64,000 nucleotides of DNA from Candidatus Dormiibacterota bacterium (GTDB lineage: Bacteria; Chloroflexota; Dormibacteria; Aeolococcales; Aeolococcaceae). A model generated the notes under the pieces. The model was given only the letters and a program-made list of their open reading frames with translations. It searched no databases and was not told the origin of the DNA. The stretch lies in contig CAWHLW010000004.1 of NCBI GenBank assembly GCA_963830305.1, forward strand, positions 73,867 through 137,866. Direction: 5' to 3'. Each line of letters begins with the position of its first letter. Position 1 is the stretch's first letter. A program made the position numbers and the translations under genes. Of the stretch, positions 19,789 to 29,370 are shown piece after piece.

Positions 19789-20247
19789 TCAGTGTGGCGC
19801 GAAGAGCACGAGAGTCAGGATGGTCCACGCCAGCAACCCGACAATGAGCATCGGCGCGTCGAGGTTGGAGACCACGACTGCCATCACGCGCGGTGATCCG
19901 CCGCCACCGGATGACGTTGCCGCATCGCCGACGCGCATGACTCCGGGGGGCTTGCCGACATCGGCCATTCCCCAGGGCGGCGGTGGCGCCAGCGGGGTTC
20001 CGCGTGGCGTGACGTGCACCTCCTCGTCCTGACGGCGCAGCTTCTCCTCGTAGAGGATGCCGACGATCAGGAAGGTGCCGAGAGCGCCGGTCCCGAGCCC
20101 CATGAGGATGAGGATGATGCCCAGGGCCGTGTTCAGGTAGTCGTTGTAGACGTGGCCGCCGAGCAGGTCGAGGACGCCCCCGACGATGAGTGCAGCGGCC
20201 ACCAGACCGAAGCCCAGGGTCTTGCCGGCGATCTCTCTGACAGGCAT
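19789..20247 (-). CDS. Hypothetical membrane protein
   Basis: The ATG at 20247 (MPVREIAG) avoids overlap with tRNA-Glu. There are three or four hydrophobic helices. Confidence 0.5.
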   Translation of the reverse strand: MPVREIAGKTLGFGLVAAALIVGGVLDLLGGHVYNDYLNTALGIILILMGLGTGALGTFLIVGILYEEKLRRQDEEVHVTPRGTPLAPPPPWGMADVGKPPGVMRVGDAATSSGGGGSPRVMAVVVSNLDAPMLIVGLLAWTILTLVLFAPH

Positions 20248-20326
20248 GCCGCGAGTATACCGGCGCGCCCAGTTCGATTCGTGGGCGGCGACGAGCGGCG
20301 CGCACGAACCTAAGATTGGCGGTCGC

Positions 20327-20398
20327 GCCCGCATCGTCTAGCGGTCAGGACACCACCCTTTCAAGGTGGTAACCGGGGTTCGACTCCCCGTGCGGGTA
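20327..20398 (+). tRNA. tRNA-Glu (anticodon UUC)
   Basis: Cloverleaf read by eye: acceptor GCCCGCA/TGCGGGT, anticodon loop CTTTCAA, T-arm CGGGG-TTCGACT-CCCCG. It closely resembles known tRNA-Glu genes. CCA is not encoded. Confidence 0.85.
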
Positions 20399-20408
20399 CG
20401 CCGACTGA

Positions 20409-21947
20409 TCAGTCTGCGGCGGTTTCCCCGCCCGTCCGCAGCGGCGGCCCCTCGACCGCCGTGTGGTGCGCGTGATGCACCGATCGTCGCTGCGTTCCTG
20501 GGCGCGGGCCATTTCGGATGGTGGCGGCGGCCAGCACGCCGCCCGCGGCGCAGAGGATCGCGGCAATGAACGCCGCATGCTGAAAACCCGTCTCGAAGAC
20601 CGCTGGGTGCAGATAGCTGTCGCCGGTGATCCCGGCGACCGCGGGCAGCAGCGCAATCGCAAGCAGGCTCCCCGTGCGCGCGACGGTGTTGTTGACTGCC
20701 GAGGCGAGTCCGCTGCGCTCCGCCGGCGCGGATGACATCGCGGTGGCGGTGAGCGGCGCCACGGTGATGGCGAGCCCGAAGCCGAAGACCAGGACGGCCG
20801 GCAGCACCTCCACGAGGTAGTTCCCCCCGCTGTCGATGCGTGCGAAGAGTGCGAGTCCGGCGGCCACGATCAGCGGTCCAGCTGTCATCTGCAGGCGCGG
20901 ACCGATGCGCGCTGACAGTGCGCCGGACCGCGATGAGAGCGCGAACATCAGGAAGGTGACCGGCAGCAGCGATGCTCCGGCAGCCGTGGGGCTGTAGTGC
21001 GACACCTGCTGCAACTCGATGGGCATGAGAAAGAACATTCCGCCGAGCATTCCATAGATCAACAACGTCACAGCGTTGGTGGCGCTGAACTGCCGTGACC
21101 TGAAGATGTCGAGCGGAACGATCGGCGCACGCACGTTCAACTCGACGACGATGAATGCAATCAATGCCGTGGCTCCGATGAGCAGAGCGCCGAGCACGAC
21201 CGGTGAGTCCCAGTGTCCGCTCGACCCCTGAATCAGCCCGTACGAGATGCCCACGAGCGCCAGCACGGTGAGCGCGCTCCCCGTGATGTCGATGTAGCCG
21301 GTGGCATTCGGATCTCGCGTCTCCGGGACCTGTCGCAACGAGATGAGGATCACCGCGACCGCGATCGGCACATTGATCAGGAAGATCAATCGCCATGAGA
21401 CCGCCGTGATCAGGAAGCCCCCCACGAACGGTCCGAGAGCCGTCGCGACACCACCGAGCCCCGACCACGCGCCGATGACGCGTCCACGTTCTTTGGGGGC
21501 GAACGATGCCTCGAGGATGGCGAGGCTCCCCGGCGTGAGCAGCGCACCACCGACCCCCTGCAGTCCTCGCGCCGCGATCAGCAGGCCGATGTTCGGCGCG
21601 ATGGCGCAGAACAGCGATGCGATCGCGAACCATGCCACGCCGATGACGAAGATCTTGCGGCGCCCGTAGCGGTCGCAGAGCGCGCCGGCAAGCAGGATCA
21701 GGCCGGCGACGGTGAGCAGATATCCCGCCGACACCCACTGCAGGCCGGCGATCTGCGCATGGAAGTCCTTGCCGATCGCGGGTTGGGCGATGCCGACGAC
21801 GGTGGCATCCAGCTGCGCCATCGCGCTGCCGAGCACGGTCGCCGTGAGCACCCATTTCCCCCGGGCGGTGGCCAGGTGCAGGTCCGTTGACTCAGGTGGA
21901 ACTACCGGCCCTTCGGGTGATCCCGCTTCAGTCACCCCATTCGACAT
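20409..21947 (-). CDS. MFS transporter, DHA2/EmrB-like (14 TM)
   Basis: MFS motif A (LCDRYGRRKIF) and many TM helices. Start is either the ATG at 21947 or the GTG at 21931, which overlaps the upstream stop as GTGA. Confidence 0.8.
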   Translation of the reverse strand: MSNGVTEAGSPEGPVVPPESTDLHLATARGKWVLTATVLGSAMAQLDATVVGIAQPAIGKDFHAQIAGLQWVSAGYLLTVAGLILLAGALCDRYGRRKIFVIGVAWFAIASLFCAIAPNIGLLIAARGLQGVGGALLTPGSLAILEASFAPKERGRVIGAWSGLGGVATALGPFVGGFLITAVSWRLIFLINVPIAVAVILISLRQVPETRDPNATGYIDITGSALTVLALVGISYGLIQGSSGHWDSPVVLGALLIGATALIAFIVVELNVRAPIVPLDIFRSRQFSATNAVTLLIYGMLGGMFFLMPIELQQVSHYSPTAAGASLLPVTFLMFALSSRSGALSARIGPRLQMTAGPLIVAAGLALFARIDSGGNYLVEVLPAVLVFGFGLAITVAPLTATAMSSAPAERSGLASAVNNTVARTGSLLAIALLPAVAGITGDSYLHPAVFETGFQHAAFIAAILCAAGGVLAAATIRNGPRPGTQRRSVHHAHHTAVEGPPLRTGGETAAD

Positions 21948-22584
21948 CGCCGTAGAAGCCCGCCGGCTTGGGGTGTCGGTTGTATGCAGCGATGCCGTTG
22001 CGGCTGCCGGCGATGGTCGTGGTCGTGCCGTGTCCCGGAAGCACGAGAGTTTCTTCCGGTAATGGCAACAACCGTGCGGTGATGCTCGCCATGATGGTTT
22101 CCAGGTCGCCGCGTGCGCTTGTCTTGCCAGGACCGCCATTGAACAGCGTGTCGCCGGTGATCACCGCCTTGCCGACACGCAACGAGATGCTCCCCGGCGT
22201 GTGGCCGGGCGTATGGATCACGCCGATCCGCACGCTGCCCACGGGGACCTCGGCGCCATCGTCGAGCCGGCCGTCGATGCGCTCCTCGGGGATCTTGATC
22301 TCGCGGCTTCCCACGAGCACGGGCGCACCCGTCGCGGCGCGCACGGCGTCGTAGGTCATCCAGTGATCGGGATGCCAGTGCGTGGCGATGACCGTCTGCA
22401 CGCCGCCCTCGGCTGCGATCGCTGCAAGCAACGGCTCCTCGTCGAGCGGCATGTCGACAAGCGCCGCCACGCCGTTGGCGACGTCACGGACCACGTACGC
22501 GTTGTTTCCGTATGGCCCCATCGGGCCGATCTTGACGATGCGGACACCGCCGTCCTCGAAGACGGTGACCTCAGCGCCGGCCAC
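21928..22584 (-). CDS. MBL-fold metallo-hydrolase (glyoxalase-II-like)
   Basis: HxHxDH as ATHWHPDHW, plus TPGHTPGS. GTG start at 22584; the longer ORF to 22830 is Arg/Pro-rich and overlaps the upstream gene. Confidence 0.75.
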   Translation of the reverse strand: MAGAEVTVFEDGGVRIVKIGPMGPYGNNAYVVRDVANGVAALVDMPLDEEPLLAAIAAEGGVQTVIATHWHPDHWMTYDAVRAATGAPVLVGSREIKIPEERIDGRLDDGAEVPVGSVRIGVIHTPGHTPGSISLRVGKAVITGDTLFNGGPGKTSARGDLETIMASITARLLPLPEETLVLPGHGTTTTIAGSRNGIAAYNRHPKPAGFYGDVEWGD

Positions 22585-23221
22585 GCGCCCCCGACTTGAC
22601 CGGCCCTTTTCTGGATGCCGGCGACTTCTGCGGGTCCTGCTTCGATGCGGCCTCGGCGCGGAGCGCTGCCTTGAAGGCGCGCTTCTGGGCCTGGTAGTTC
22701 TCGCGTTCGGCGACGGTCGTGACGTCCGCCAGCGTCGGCCAGTCGGGCGCGACGGTCTCCCAGCCCGCCGGCCGAACGCCGAGGTGTTTGGCGACCACCC
22801 CGACCATGATCCGAGCCTTCGCGGCGCCAAAACCGGGGAGGGCGGCGAATCGCCGCAGCAGATCCTTCGCGTCCGTGGCCTCCGTCCAGATCCGAGTGGT
22901 GTCGCCGCCGTACTCGTCGGCGATCACCTTGCAGAGGGCGTACACGCGCTGCGCCATGCTGACCGGGAAGCGATGCAGGGCGGGCGGCGTCTGGAACGCC
23001 TTCTCCACCTTGGTGGGATCCATGCGCGCAACCTCGACAGGGTCGATCGTGCCGAGACGTTCGCGCATGTGCAGCGGGCCCTGGAAGGCCCACTCGATGG
23101 GGATCTGCTGATCCAGACAGAAGCCGATCAGCAGCGCGGTGGGATTCTCACTGATGAGGCGGTCCGACTCGGGGTCGCCCGTCCACTGGAGTTGCAGGGT
23201 CGTCGCCGCGCTCTTGGCCAC
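22571..23221 (-). CDS. HhH-GPD-type base-excision DNA repair family protein
   Basis: From the GTG at 23221: LQLQWTGDPESDRLISENPTALLIGFCLDQQ and ALPGFGAAKARI (helix-hairpin-helix), typical of the actinobacterial HhH-GPD family. Confidence 0.65.
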   Translation of the reverse strand: MAKSAATTLQLQWTGDPESDRLISENPTALLIGFCLDQQIPIEWAFQGPLHMRERLGTIDPVEVARMDPTKVEKAFQTPPALHRFPVSMAQRVYALCKVIADEYGGDTTRIWTEATDAKDLLRRFAALPGFGAAKARIMVGVVAKHLGVRPAGWETVAPDWPTLADVTTVAERENYQAQKRAFKAALRAEAASKQDPQKSPASRKGPVKSGARGRR

Positions 23222-23288
23222 GGCGTGTACGGTACCGCGCCGCACCCCCGAGCAGAGGCACACACTCGCGACTGCGTACACTCGGCGC

Positions 23289-23585
23289 ATGTCGTGGCTC
23301 GGGCGTCTTTTCGGGTCGAAGCCACCGGCTGCGCCGCTGAACAGCGTGGTCGTCGCGAGCGATCTCGTCCAGCCCCTGACGGTGGGCGGCCTCGAACTCT
23401 CGACCGCGGTCGACGCCGCGCTTCGCGCCTACCTCGACGCCCAGGCCAAGGCGCTCGCCGCCGGCGAGCCCGAGCGAATTCCCTTCTGGCTGCGCCGCGA
23501 CGTCACTCCTTCCGGTGACCTCGAGGATGAGCTCCGGGACCGTGTCATCCAGCGGCGAGCGGCCGAAGAAGAAGAGGCGCACTGA
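23289..23585 (+). CDS. Hypothetical small protein
   Basis: 98-aa ORF from the ATG at 23289 (MSWLGRLFG). No motif recognised. Confidence 0.4.
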   Translation: MSWLGRLFGSKPPAAPLNSVVVASDLVQPLTVGGLELSTAVDAALRAYLDAQAKALAAGEPERIPFWLRRDVTPSGDLEDELRDRVIQRRAAEEEEAH

Positions 23586-23610
23586 TCGCGAGCAGGCGGA
23601 CAGGCTGACC

Positions 23611-24654
23611 ATGCGGGCGGTAGCCTTCAAAGACTTCGGTGTCGTCGAGCTCGTCGACGTACCGAAACCTGGGATTGAGGATCCGGGTGATGCGCTCGTC
23701 CGGGTAACCCGGACGGCGATCTGCGGCAGCGACCTGCACGTGGTCCACGGTCGCATCCCCGGGATGAGCCCCGGCGGCATTCTCGGGCACGAGTTCGTCG
23801 GTGTCATAGAGGCCGTGGACGGCGCCGTTCGCCGCTTTGGCGAAGGCGAGCGAGTCGTGGGCTCGTTCACGATTCCTTGCGGTGCGTGCTGGTACTGCGC
23901 GCGCCGGCTCTTCAGCCGATGCCCGGATCAGCGGGTCTTCGGTTACGGATCCTTCTTCGGCGACGTCGCAGGTGCGCAGGGTGAGTACGTCCGTGTCCCG
24001 AACGCCGACCTCGTGCTCCACGCTGTTGACGACTCGATGAGCGACGAGCAGGCGCTCTTCGTCGGCGACATCTTCACCACAGGCTACGACTGCGCCAGCG
24101 AGGCACGCATCGAGCAGGGAGACGTGGTAACAGTCGTTGGCTGCGGCCCGGTCGGCTTGATGGCCATCCTCGCGTCGCGCGGATTCGAGCCGTCAACGAT
24201 CTACGCGGTGGACACGGTGTCCGAACGCCTCGAGATGGCCCAGACGCTCGGTGCGATACCGGTCGACGCCAACGACGTGCACGTTCCAAGCTACGTTCAG
24301 GATCGGACGGGGGGACGCGGCGCCGACGCCGTCCTGGAGTGCGTCGGGCTGGTTCCGGCGCTCCTCGATTGCATCGACATCGCACGCGCCGGTGGCCGGA
24401 TCAGCGTCATCGGGGTGCACAGCGACCAGGAGCTCGAGCTGCCGCTCAACACCACGTTCGTCAAGGCGATCGACCTCAAGTTCTGTGGCACCGCGAACAT
24501 CATCGGGCGGTGGGACGAGTCGCTCGCCATGGTGGCGAGCGGTGCAGTCCACCCCGACGCGATCATCTCGCACCGCATGGCGCTCGACGACGCGGTGCTC
24601 GGTTACCAGCTCTTCGAGCGACGCGAGGCCCTCAAGGTCGTGCTCACTCCGTAG
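23611..24654 (+). CDS. Zinc-dependent alcohol dehydrogenase (MDR family)
   Basis: From the ATG at 23611 (MRAVAF): GHEFVG zinc ligand region, structural Zn Cys cluster (CGACWYC) and a GxGxxG fold (VVGCGPVG). Confidence 0.85.
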   Translation: MRAVAFKDFGVVELVDVPKPGIEDPGDALVRVTRTAICGSDLHVVHGRIPGMSPGGILGHEFVGVIEAVDGAVRRFGEGERVVGSFTIPCGACWYCARRLFSRCPDQRVFGYGSFFGDVAGAQGEYVRVPNADLVLHAVDDSMSDEQALFVGDIFTTGYDCASEARIEQGDVVTVVGCGPVGLMAILASRGFEPSTIYAVDTVSERLEMAQTLGAIPVDANDVHVPSYVQDRTGGRGADAVLECVGLVPALLDCIDIARAGGRISVIGVHSDQELELPLNTTFVKAIDLKFCGTANIIGRWDESLAMVASGAVHPDAIISHRMALDDAVLGYQLFERREALKVVLTP

Positions 24655-24663
24655 CGGGTGGGA

Positions 24664-25434
24664 TCACCCTGTGATGCGGCCGCCGGTGACGTCGATGGTC
24701 ACGCCGGTGATCCAGGATGACTGCGGCGTTGCAAGGAACACCGCGGAGTCCGCGACATCCTCAACAGTGCCGAGCCGTCGCAACGGAAAGCTCTGCCCGA
24801 GTTGCTCGCGCGCGAGTGCAGGCATGTTCGCGACAAGACGCTCGGTCTCGATCGCGGACGGGGCGATGCAGTTGATGCGCACGCCGCTCGGCGCGAGGTC
24901 GACGGCGAGGTGCCGGGTGAGCATCACGATGCCCGCCTTGGCCGCCGCATACGCCACCGACGCACCGCCCGGCTGCCGTCCGGCGGTGGAAGACATCGTC
25001 ACGATGGACCCTCGCCGCCGTTCGACCATCCCGAGCGCGAAAGTCCTGACGGTGATGTACGTTGCCGTGAGATTGCCGTCGATGACCGCGCGCCAGCGAG
25101 ACGCGTCGAGGTGCGTGAGCGGCTCCGGGCGTCCGTCGCCACCCGCGAACGCCAGCAGCACGGTCGCCGGGCCGAAGGCGGCTTCGGTGCCGGCGCACAA
25201 CGCATCGACCTCGTCCTGGCTGGTGCAGTCTGCCTCGATGCCGATGGCACGGCCTCCGGCGGAGGCGATCGATGCCACCACGGTGTCGATTGCACCCTGG
25301 TCGCGCCCGCAAACGACCACCGCCGCGCCGAGTCCGGCGAAGCGGCGTGCAGACCCGGCGCCGATGCCCCGCGACCCGCCGGTGACCACGACGACCTCGT
25401 CGCGGAGGTCAGCGGTGAGAGCTTGAGTTGTCAT
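24664..25434 (-). CDS. SDR-family oxidoreductase (FabG-like)
   Basis: TGGSRGIG cofactor motif and the YAAAK catalytic motif. Confidence 0.85.
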   Translation of the reverse strand: MTTQALTADLRDEVVVVTGGSRGIGAGSARRFAGLGAAVVVCGRDQGAIDTVVASIASAGGRAIGIEADCTSQDEVDALCAGTEAAFGPATVLLAFAGGDGRPEPLTHLDASRWRAVIDGNLTATYITVRTFALGMVERRRGSIVTMSSTAGRQPGGASVAYAAAKAGIVMLTRHLAVDLAPSGVRINCIAPSAIETERLVANMPALAREQLGQSFPLRRLGTVEDVADSAVFLATPQSSWITGVTIDVTGGRITG

Positions 25435-25472
25435 GATATTTACCTTACACTACGTACAGTGAAAGAGGCAAC

Positions 25473-26057
25473 ATGACGCCGCGCCCATACGACCTGGGAC
25501 GCCGTGCCCTGGCGATGGACGAACGGCGGGCACGGATCATCGCGGCGGCGCGCCAGGAACTCTTGTCCTCGCCCCGGTTCACCCTCGAGGCGGTGGCCGA
25601 ACGCGCAGCGGTGTCGCGCGTGACCGTGTACGCACAGTTCGGCGATCGGGACAGCCTCCTCGAGGCCGTCTATGACGACCTCGGCGTGAGCGGAGGCCTG
25701 GACCGGATTCCCGAAGCATTCGCGGCCTCAGATCTGGCCGCAGCGCTCCAGATCATCGTGGAGGTGTTCTGCCATTTCTACGCGGTCCATCGAGACGTCA
25801 TCAGGCGGCTGAATGCTCTGAGAGTTCTGAGCACCGGCGAATTCGCCGGCCAGGGCGCGCGGAACGAGCGCCGGCGCCAGATCCTGGGCACGCTGCTCAC
25901 CCGCTCGGGAGCGGACGATGGAAGCCTCGTGGACGCGCTGCAGGCGCTCACGAGCTTCGCCTTTGTCGACGAGCTGGCCGGCCCGGAGCGCACCCCGGAT
26001 GCCGTTGCTGAGGCAGTCATGCAGCTCGTCTCGTCCGCCGTTGCCGCGCGCGGCTGA
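25473..26057 (+). CDS. TetR/AcrR-family transcriptional regulator
   Basis: N-terminal HTH (FTLEAVAERAAVSRVTVYAQF). Divergent from the SDR gene across a 38-bp spacer that contains the imperfect palindrome cactacgtacagtg (25448-25461). Confidence 0.8.
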   Translation: MTPRPYDLGRRALAMDERRARIIAAARQELLSSPRFTLEAVAERAAVSRVTVYAQFGDRDSLLEAVYDDLGVSGGLDRIPEAFAASDLAAALQIIVEVFCHFYAVHRDVIRRLNALRVLSTGEFAGQGARNERRRQILGTLLTRSGADDGSLVDALQALTSFAFVDELAGPERTPDAVAEAVMQLVSSAVAARG

Positions 26058-26156
26058 CGATCGATTACGGGCCGCCAAACGCTCGGGTTGCCGCGGCCGA
26101 AACGGGTTATCTTTTCGGCGCTTTCGGTCTCTGGCACCATCTTGGCTCAGAGACGC

Positions 26157-26185
26157 TTGACATGGCATCACAGTACTGCCATAGT
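26157..26185 (+). promoter_or_regulatory. Sigma-70-type promoter positioned for a leaderless transcript starting at ATG 26192
   Basis: TTGACA (26157-26162), 17-nt spacer, CATAGT (26180-26185), then 6 nt to the ATG. The inverted repeat atggca-N9-tgccat lies inside the spacer. Confidence 0.4.
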
Positions 26186-26191
26186 GGCGTC

Positions 26192-26719
26192 ATGGACCTA
26201 CGCCCGTACGTCGAGAGCATTCATCAACAGCTAGCCGATGCGGCTGAGGCCGGTGGTGACGAGGCGCGCGCCCTCGCCGAACGCCTCGCCGCGCCGCTCG
26301 ATTCGGCCATACGCCTCGCTCTGCAGGACGCGCTTGGGGCCGCGGCGGAGGAGATCACTCGCGAGCTCGCCCCAGGTTCGGTGGAGGTGCGCATTCGCGG
26401 CCGAAACCCCGAGTTCGTCGTGACGCCGCCACCCGCGGAGCCGGCGTCGGACGATTTCTCCAACCCGAGCAATGACGACGCGCCCCTGGCGCCGCTGAGC
26501 CCCGCTGACACCGAGGACGGTGGGACCGCGCGGATCAACCTGCGCATGCCCGACCACCTCAAGACCCGGGTCGACCAGGCGGCGAGCAGTGAAGGGCTCT
26601 CTGTGAACAGCTGGCTCGTCCGTGCGGCGGGCTTTGCACTCGATCGAACCGACCCCGGCCGCCGGCGCGACACGCGCGCCGCGCAGGGACCGGGCCGCTT
26701 TACGGGCTGGGTTCGCTAA
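26192..26719 (+). CDS. Protein with a C-terminal ribbon-helix-helix (HicB/Arc-like) domain
   Basis: ARINLRMPDHLKTRVDQAASSEGLSVNSWLVRA is an RHH signature. In Actinobacteria this gene type usually precedes DUF4097 genes. Confidence 0.6.
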   Translation: MDLRPYVESIHQQLADAAEAGGDEARALAERLAAPLDSAIRLALQDALGAAAEEITRELAPGSVEVRIRGRNPEFVVTPPPAEPASDDFSNPSNDDAPLAPLSPADTEDGGTARINLRMPDHLKTRVDQAASSEGLSVNSWLVRAAGFALDRTDPGRRRDTRAAQGPGRFTGWVR

Positions 26720-26747
26720 CCCGCACCACCACCAGGAGGAAATCACC

Positions 26748-27626
26748 ATGCCTACTTTCGATACCCCCCGGCCAATCCTCGTGACCCTCGAGGTCGGCGT
26801 CGGCGACGTCCGAATCGCCGCCAGTGACCGCACCGACACCGTTGTTGAGATCCGTCCGACTCACCCCTCCAAGCCCGCGGACGTGGCGGCTGCCGAGCAA
26901 ACGCGTGTCGAGTATGCCGATGGCCGGCTGCTGGTCAAAGGCCCAAAGGGCTGGCACCGATACCTCTCGCGTGACGGTGGTGACTCGATCGATATTCACA
27001 TCGAGCTTCCGGTGGGTTCAAAGGTGCACGGGGAGGCCGGAGTCGCCGCGCTCCATTGCACCGGCCCGCTCGGCGAATGCCACTACACCACGGGCGTTGG
27101 CGACGTCCAGGTCGAAGAGGCGCGACCGGCGCATCTCACCACCGGGGTTGGCGATGTTGCCGTGGACCGGGCCTTCGGCCATGCGCAGATCTCCACGGGA
27201 TCGGGAGCGGTGCGGATCGGCACGGTGGACGGCACCGCGACGATCAAGGGAGCCAACGGCAGCACCTGGATCGGCGACGTGTCGCGTGACCTCCGGGTGA
27301 TTGCCGCCAACGGTTCCATCTCCGTCGACCACTCGCACGCGAGCGTCGTGGTCAAGACCGCCAATGGCGATGTGAGTCTTGGCGAGGTGGAGGGCGGGAC
27401 CGTGGTTGCACAGACGGCCATGGGCAGGGTGGACATCGGGATTCGCGAGAGTGTCGCTGCGTGGCTCGACCTCGACACCAAGTTCGGCAAGGTCTACAAC
27501 GATCTCGGGCCGGCGGCCCGTCCGGAGCCGGGGGAGCAATCGGTTGAAGTCCGCGCACGCAGCTCCTTTGGCGATATCACCATCCATCGAGCGGTGGCGA
27601 GCCCGACCGTGGCCACCGGGTCATGA
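26748..27626 (+). CDS. DUF4097-family beta-strand repeat protein
   Basis: ATG at 26748 preceded by AGGAGGA. Contains repeated GDV/GSG beta-strand units (TGVGDVQVEE, TGVGDVAVDR, TGSGAVRIG, ANGSISVD, ANGDVSLG). Confidence 0.7.
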   Translation: MPTFDTPRPILVTLEVGVGDVRIAASDRTDTVVEIRPTHPSKPADVAAAEQTRVEYADGRLLVKGPKGWHRYLSRDGGDSIDIHIELPVGSKVHGEAGVAALHCTGPLGECHYTTGVGDVQVEEARPAHLTTGVGDVAVDRAFGHAQISTGSGAVRIGTVDGTATIKGANGSTWIGDVSRDLRVIAANGSISVDHSHASVVVKTANGDVSLGEVEGGTVVAQTAMGRVDIGIRESVAAWLDLDTKFGKVYNDLGPAARPEPGEQSVEVRARSSFGDITIHRAVASPTVATGS

Positions 27627-28573
27627 GCACGCGGCTTGCGGTGCAGATCACGGGGTTACGCAAGTCCTTCGGTGACAAGCTCGTGCTCGACGGCATCGAC
27701 CTGGCGATCGGCGAAGGCACGGTGTTCGCGCTGCTCGGTCCCAATGGAGCGGGCAAGACGACAACTGTGCAAATCCTGTCGACGCTGCTTCGTGCCGACG
27801 CCGGAGACATCCGTGTCGCCGGTTTCGACGTCAACCGCGAGCCTCAGAAGGTGCGCGATGCCATCGGCGTCACCGGGCAGTTCTCAGCGGTGGACTACCT
27901 CCTGACCGGCCGCGAGAACCTGCTCCTCATGGCTGATCTCCATCACCTCGACCGTCATGCCGGTCGGCGCCGCGTCGACGAATTGCTCGCGCAGTTCGAC
28001 CTTGTCGACGCGGCAGGGCAGATGGTCATGAAGTACTCGGGAGGCATGCGCCGCCGGCTCGACCTGGCGATGACGCTCATCGGCAACCCGCGCATCATCT
28101 TTCTCGACGAACCCACGACCGGTCTCGATCCACGCAGCCGCCACACCATGTGGCAGATCATCCGCGAGCTCACGGCGACCAGCGTGACGGTCCTGCTCAC
28201 CACGCAGAACCTGGATGAGGCAGACGAGCTGGCGGGACGGATCGCGGTGCTCGACCAGGGCCACCTGGTGGCCGAGGGCACGCCGGATGAGCTCAAGCGT
28301 CGCGTCCCTTGCGGTCGTGTCCGGCTGCACTTCCGTGAGGCGGGAGCGCTCGGCGACGCCGCACGCTTTCTCGGCCACGAATCATCCGAAACCGACGCGC
28401 TCACGCTCGATGTGCCGACCGACGGCACGCCGCAGTCGCTGCGAAACCTGCTCGTGCGCCTCGACGATGCCGGACTGAAGGTGGAGACCGTCACAGTGCA
28501 GACGCCTGACCTCGACGATGTGTTCTTCGCACTCACCGGGACGAACCATCGGGTTGTGGAGGCATCGGCATGA
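27623..28573 (+). CDS. ABC transporter ATP-binding protein (DrrA-like)
   Basis: Walker A GPNGAGKTT, signature YSGGMRRRL, Walker B IIFLDEPT. ATGA overlap with the upstream gene. Confidence 0.9.
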   Translation: MSTRLAVQITGLRKSFGDKLVLDGIDLAIGEGTVFALLGPNGAGKTTTVQILSTLLRADAGDIRVAGFDVNREPQKVRDAIGVTGQFSAVDYLLTGRENLLLMADLHHLDRHAGRRRVDELLAQFDLVDAAGQMVMKYSGGMRRRLDLAMTLIGNPRIIFLDEPTTGLDPRSRHTMWQIIRELTATSVTVLLTTQNLDEADELAGRIAVLDQGHLVAEGTPDELKRRVPCGRVRLHFREAGALGDAARFLGHESSETDALTLDVPTDGTPQSLRNLLVRLDDAGLKVETVTVQTPDLDDVFFALTGTNHRVVEASA

Positions 28574-29355
28574 GTATCTCGGCGTACGCGCTGCACAACT
28601 CCGCAACGATGCTCCGGCGCGACCTCCGCCATGCGCTTCGCTATCCGATGCTGGCCATCGGTGGGCTGCTCGTTCCGGTCTTTCTGCTACTGATATTCGT
28701 CGGCGTGTTCGGCAACACGCTGCGAGCGGGACTCGGCGCATCGGCGGGCGGCGGTTACATCGATTACCTCACCCCGGGCATTCTCGTGATGACCGCCGGC
28801 GCGAGCGCCGCAGCGACAGCGATCAACGTCTGCATCGACATGAACGAAGGCATCGTCGCGCGGTTCCGCACAATGGCGATCACCCGAACGTCGGTGCTGA
28901 CGGGTCAGGTGCTCGGCAGTCTCGCACGCACGCTGGTCAGCGCCGTCCTGCTTGTCGCCGTCGCTGTCGGGCTCGGCTTCCGTGCAAGCGCCGGTCCACT
29001 CGAGTGGCTTGCGACGGCCGGCATCTTCGCCATGCTGACTCTCGCGATGACGTGGCTCGCGATTGCCTTTGGGCTCACTGCCAAGACGCCCGCGGGCGCG
29101 AATAGCCTGTCGCTGATCCCGCAGTTCCTGCCCTTCATCAGCAGCGCATTCGTGCCGACTGCTTCCATGCCCGCCGGAGTGCGCTGGTTCGCGGAGAATC
29201 AGCCGTTCACCCCGATCATCAACACCCTGCGTGGCCTCTTGACTGGAACACCGATCGGCAACTCAGCAATCGTCGCGCTTGGGTGGTGCGCACTGCTGAT
29301 GGCGATCGGCTACGTCTGGTCGCGAGCCCGCTACAACCGGTACGCGACGCGCTAG
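28570..29355 (+). CDS. ABC-2-type transporter permease
   Basis: 261 aa with six TM helices. ATGA overlap with the ATPase gene. Confidence 0.8.
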   Translation: MSISAYALHNSATMLRRDLRHALRYPMLAIGGLLVPVFLLLIFVGVFGNTLRAGLGASAGGGYIDYLTPGILVMTAGASAAATAINVCIDMNEGIVARFRTMAITRTSVLTGQVLGSLARTLVSAVLLVAVAVGLGFRASAGPLEWLATAGIFAMLTLAMTWLAIAFGLTAKTPAGANSLSLIPQFLPFISSAFVPTASMPAGVRWFAENQPFTPIINTLRGLLTGTPIGNSAIVALGWCALLMAIGYVWSRARYNRYATR

Positions 29356-29370
29356 CTCGCGAGGCGGGCG

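Noticed and set aside
20338-21855. 505-aa Arg-rich ORF on the minus strand
   Set aside because: It is an alternative frame of the MFS transporter gene, and it would run through the tRNA-Glu gene.
25448-25461. cactacgtacagtg as a TetR operator
   Set aside because: It is only an imperfect palindrome (4 outer bp pair, the centre does not). It is mentioned under the TetR gene, but the evidence is too weak for a separate call.
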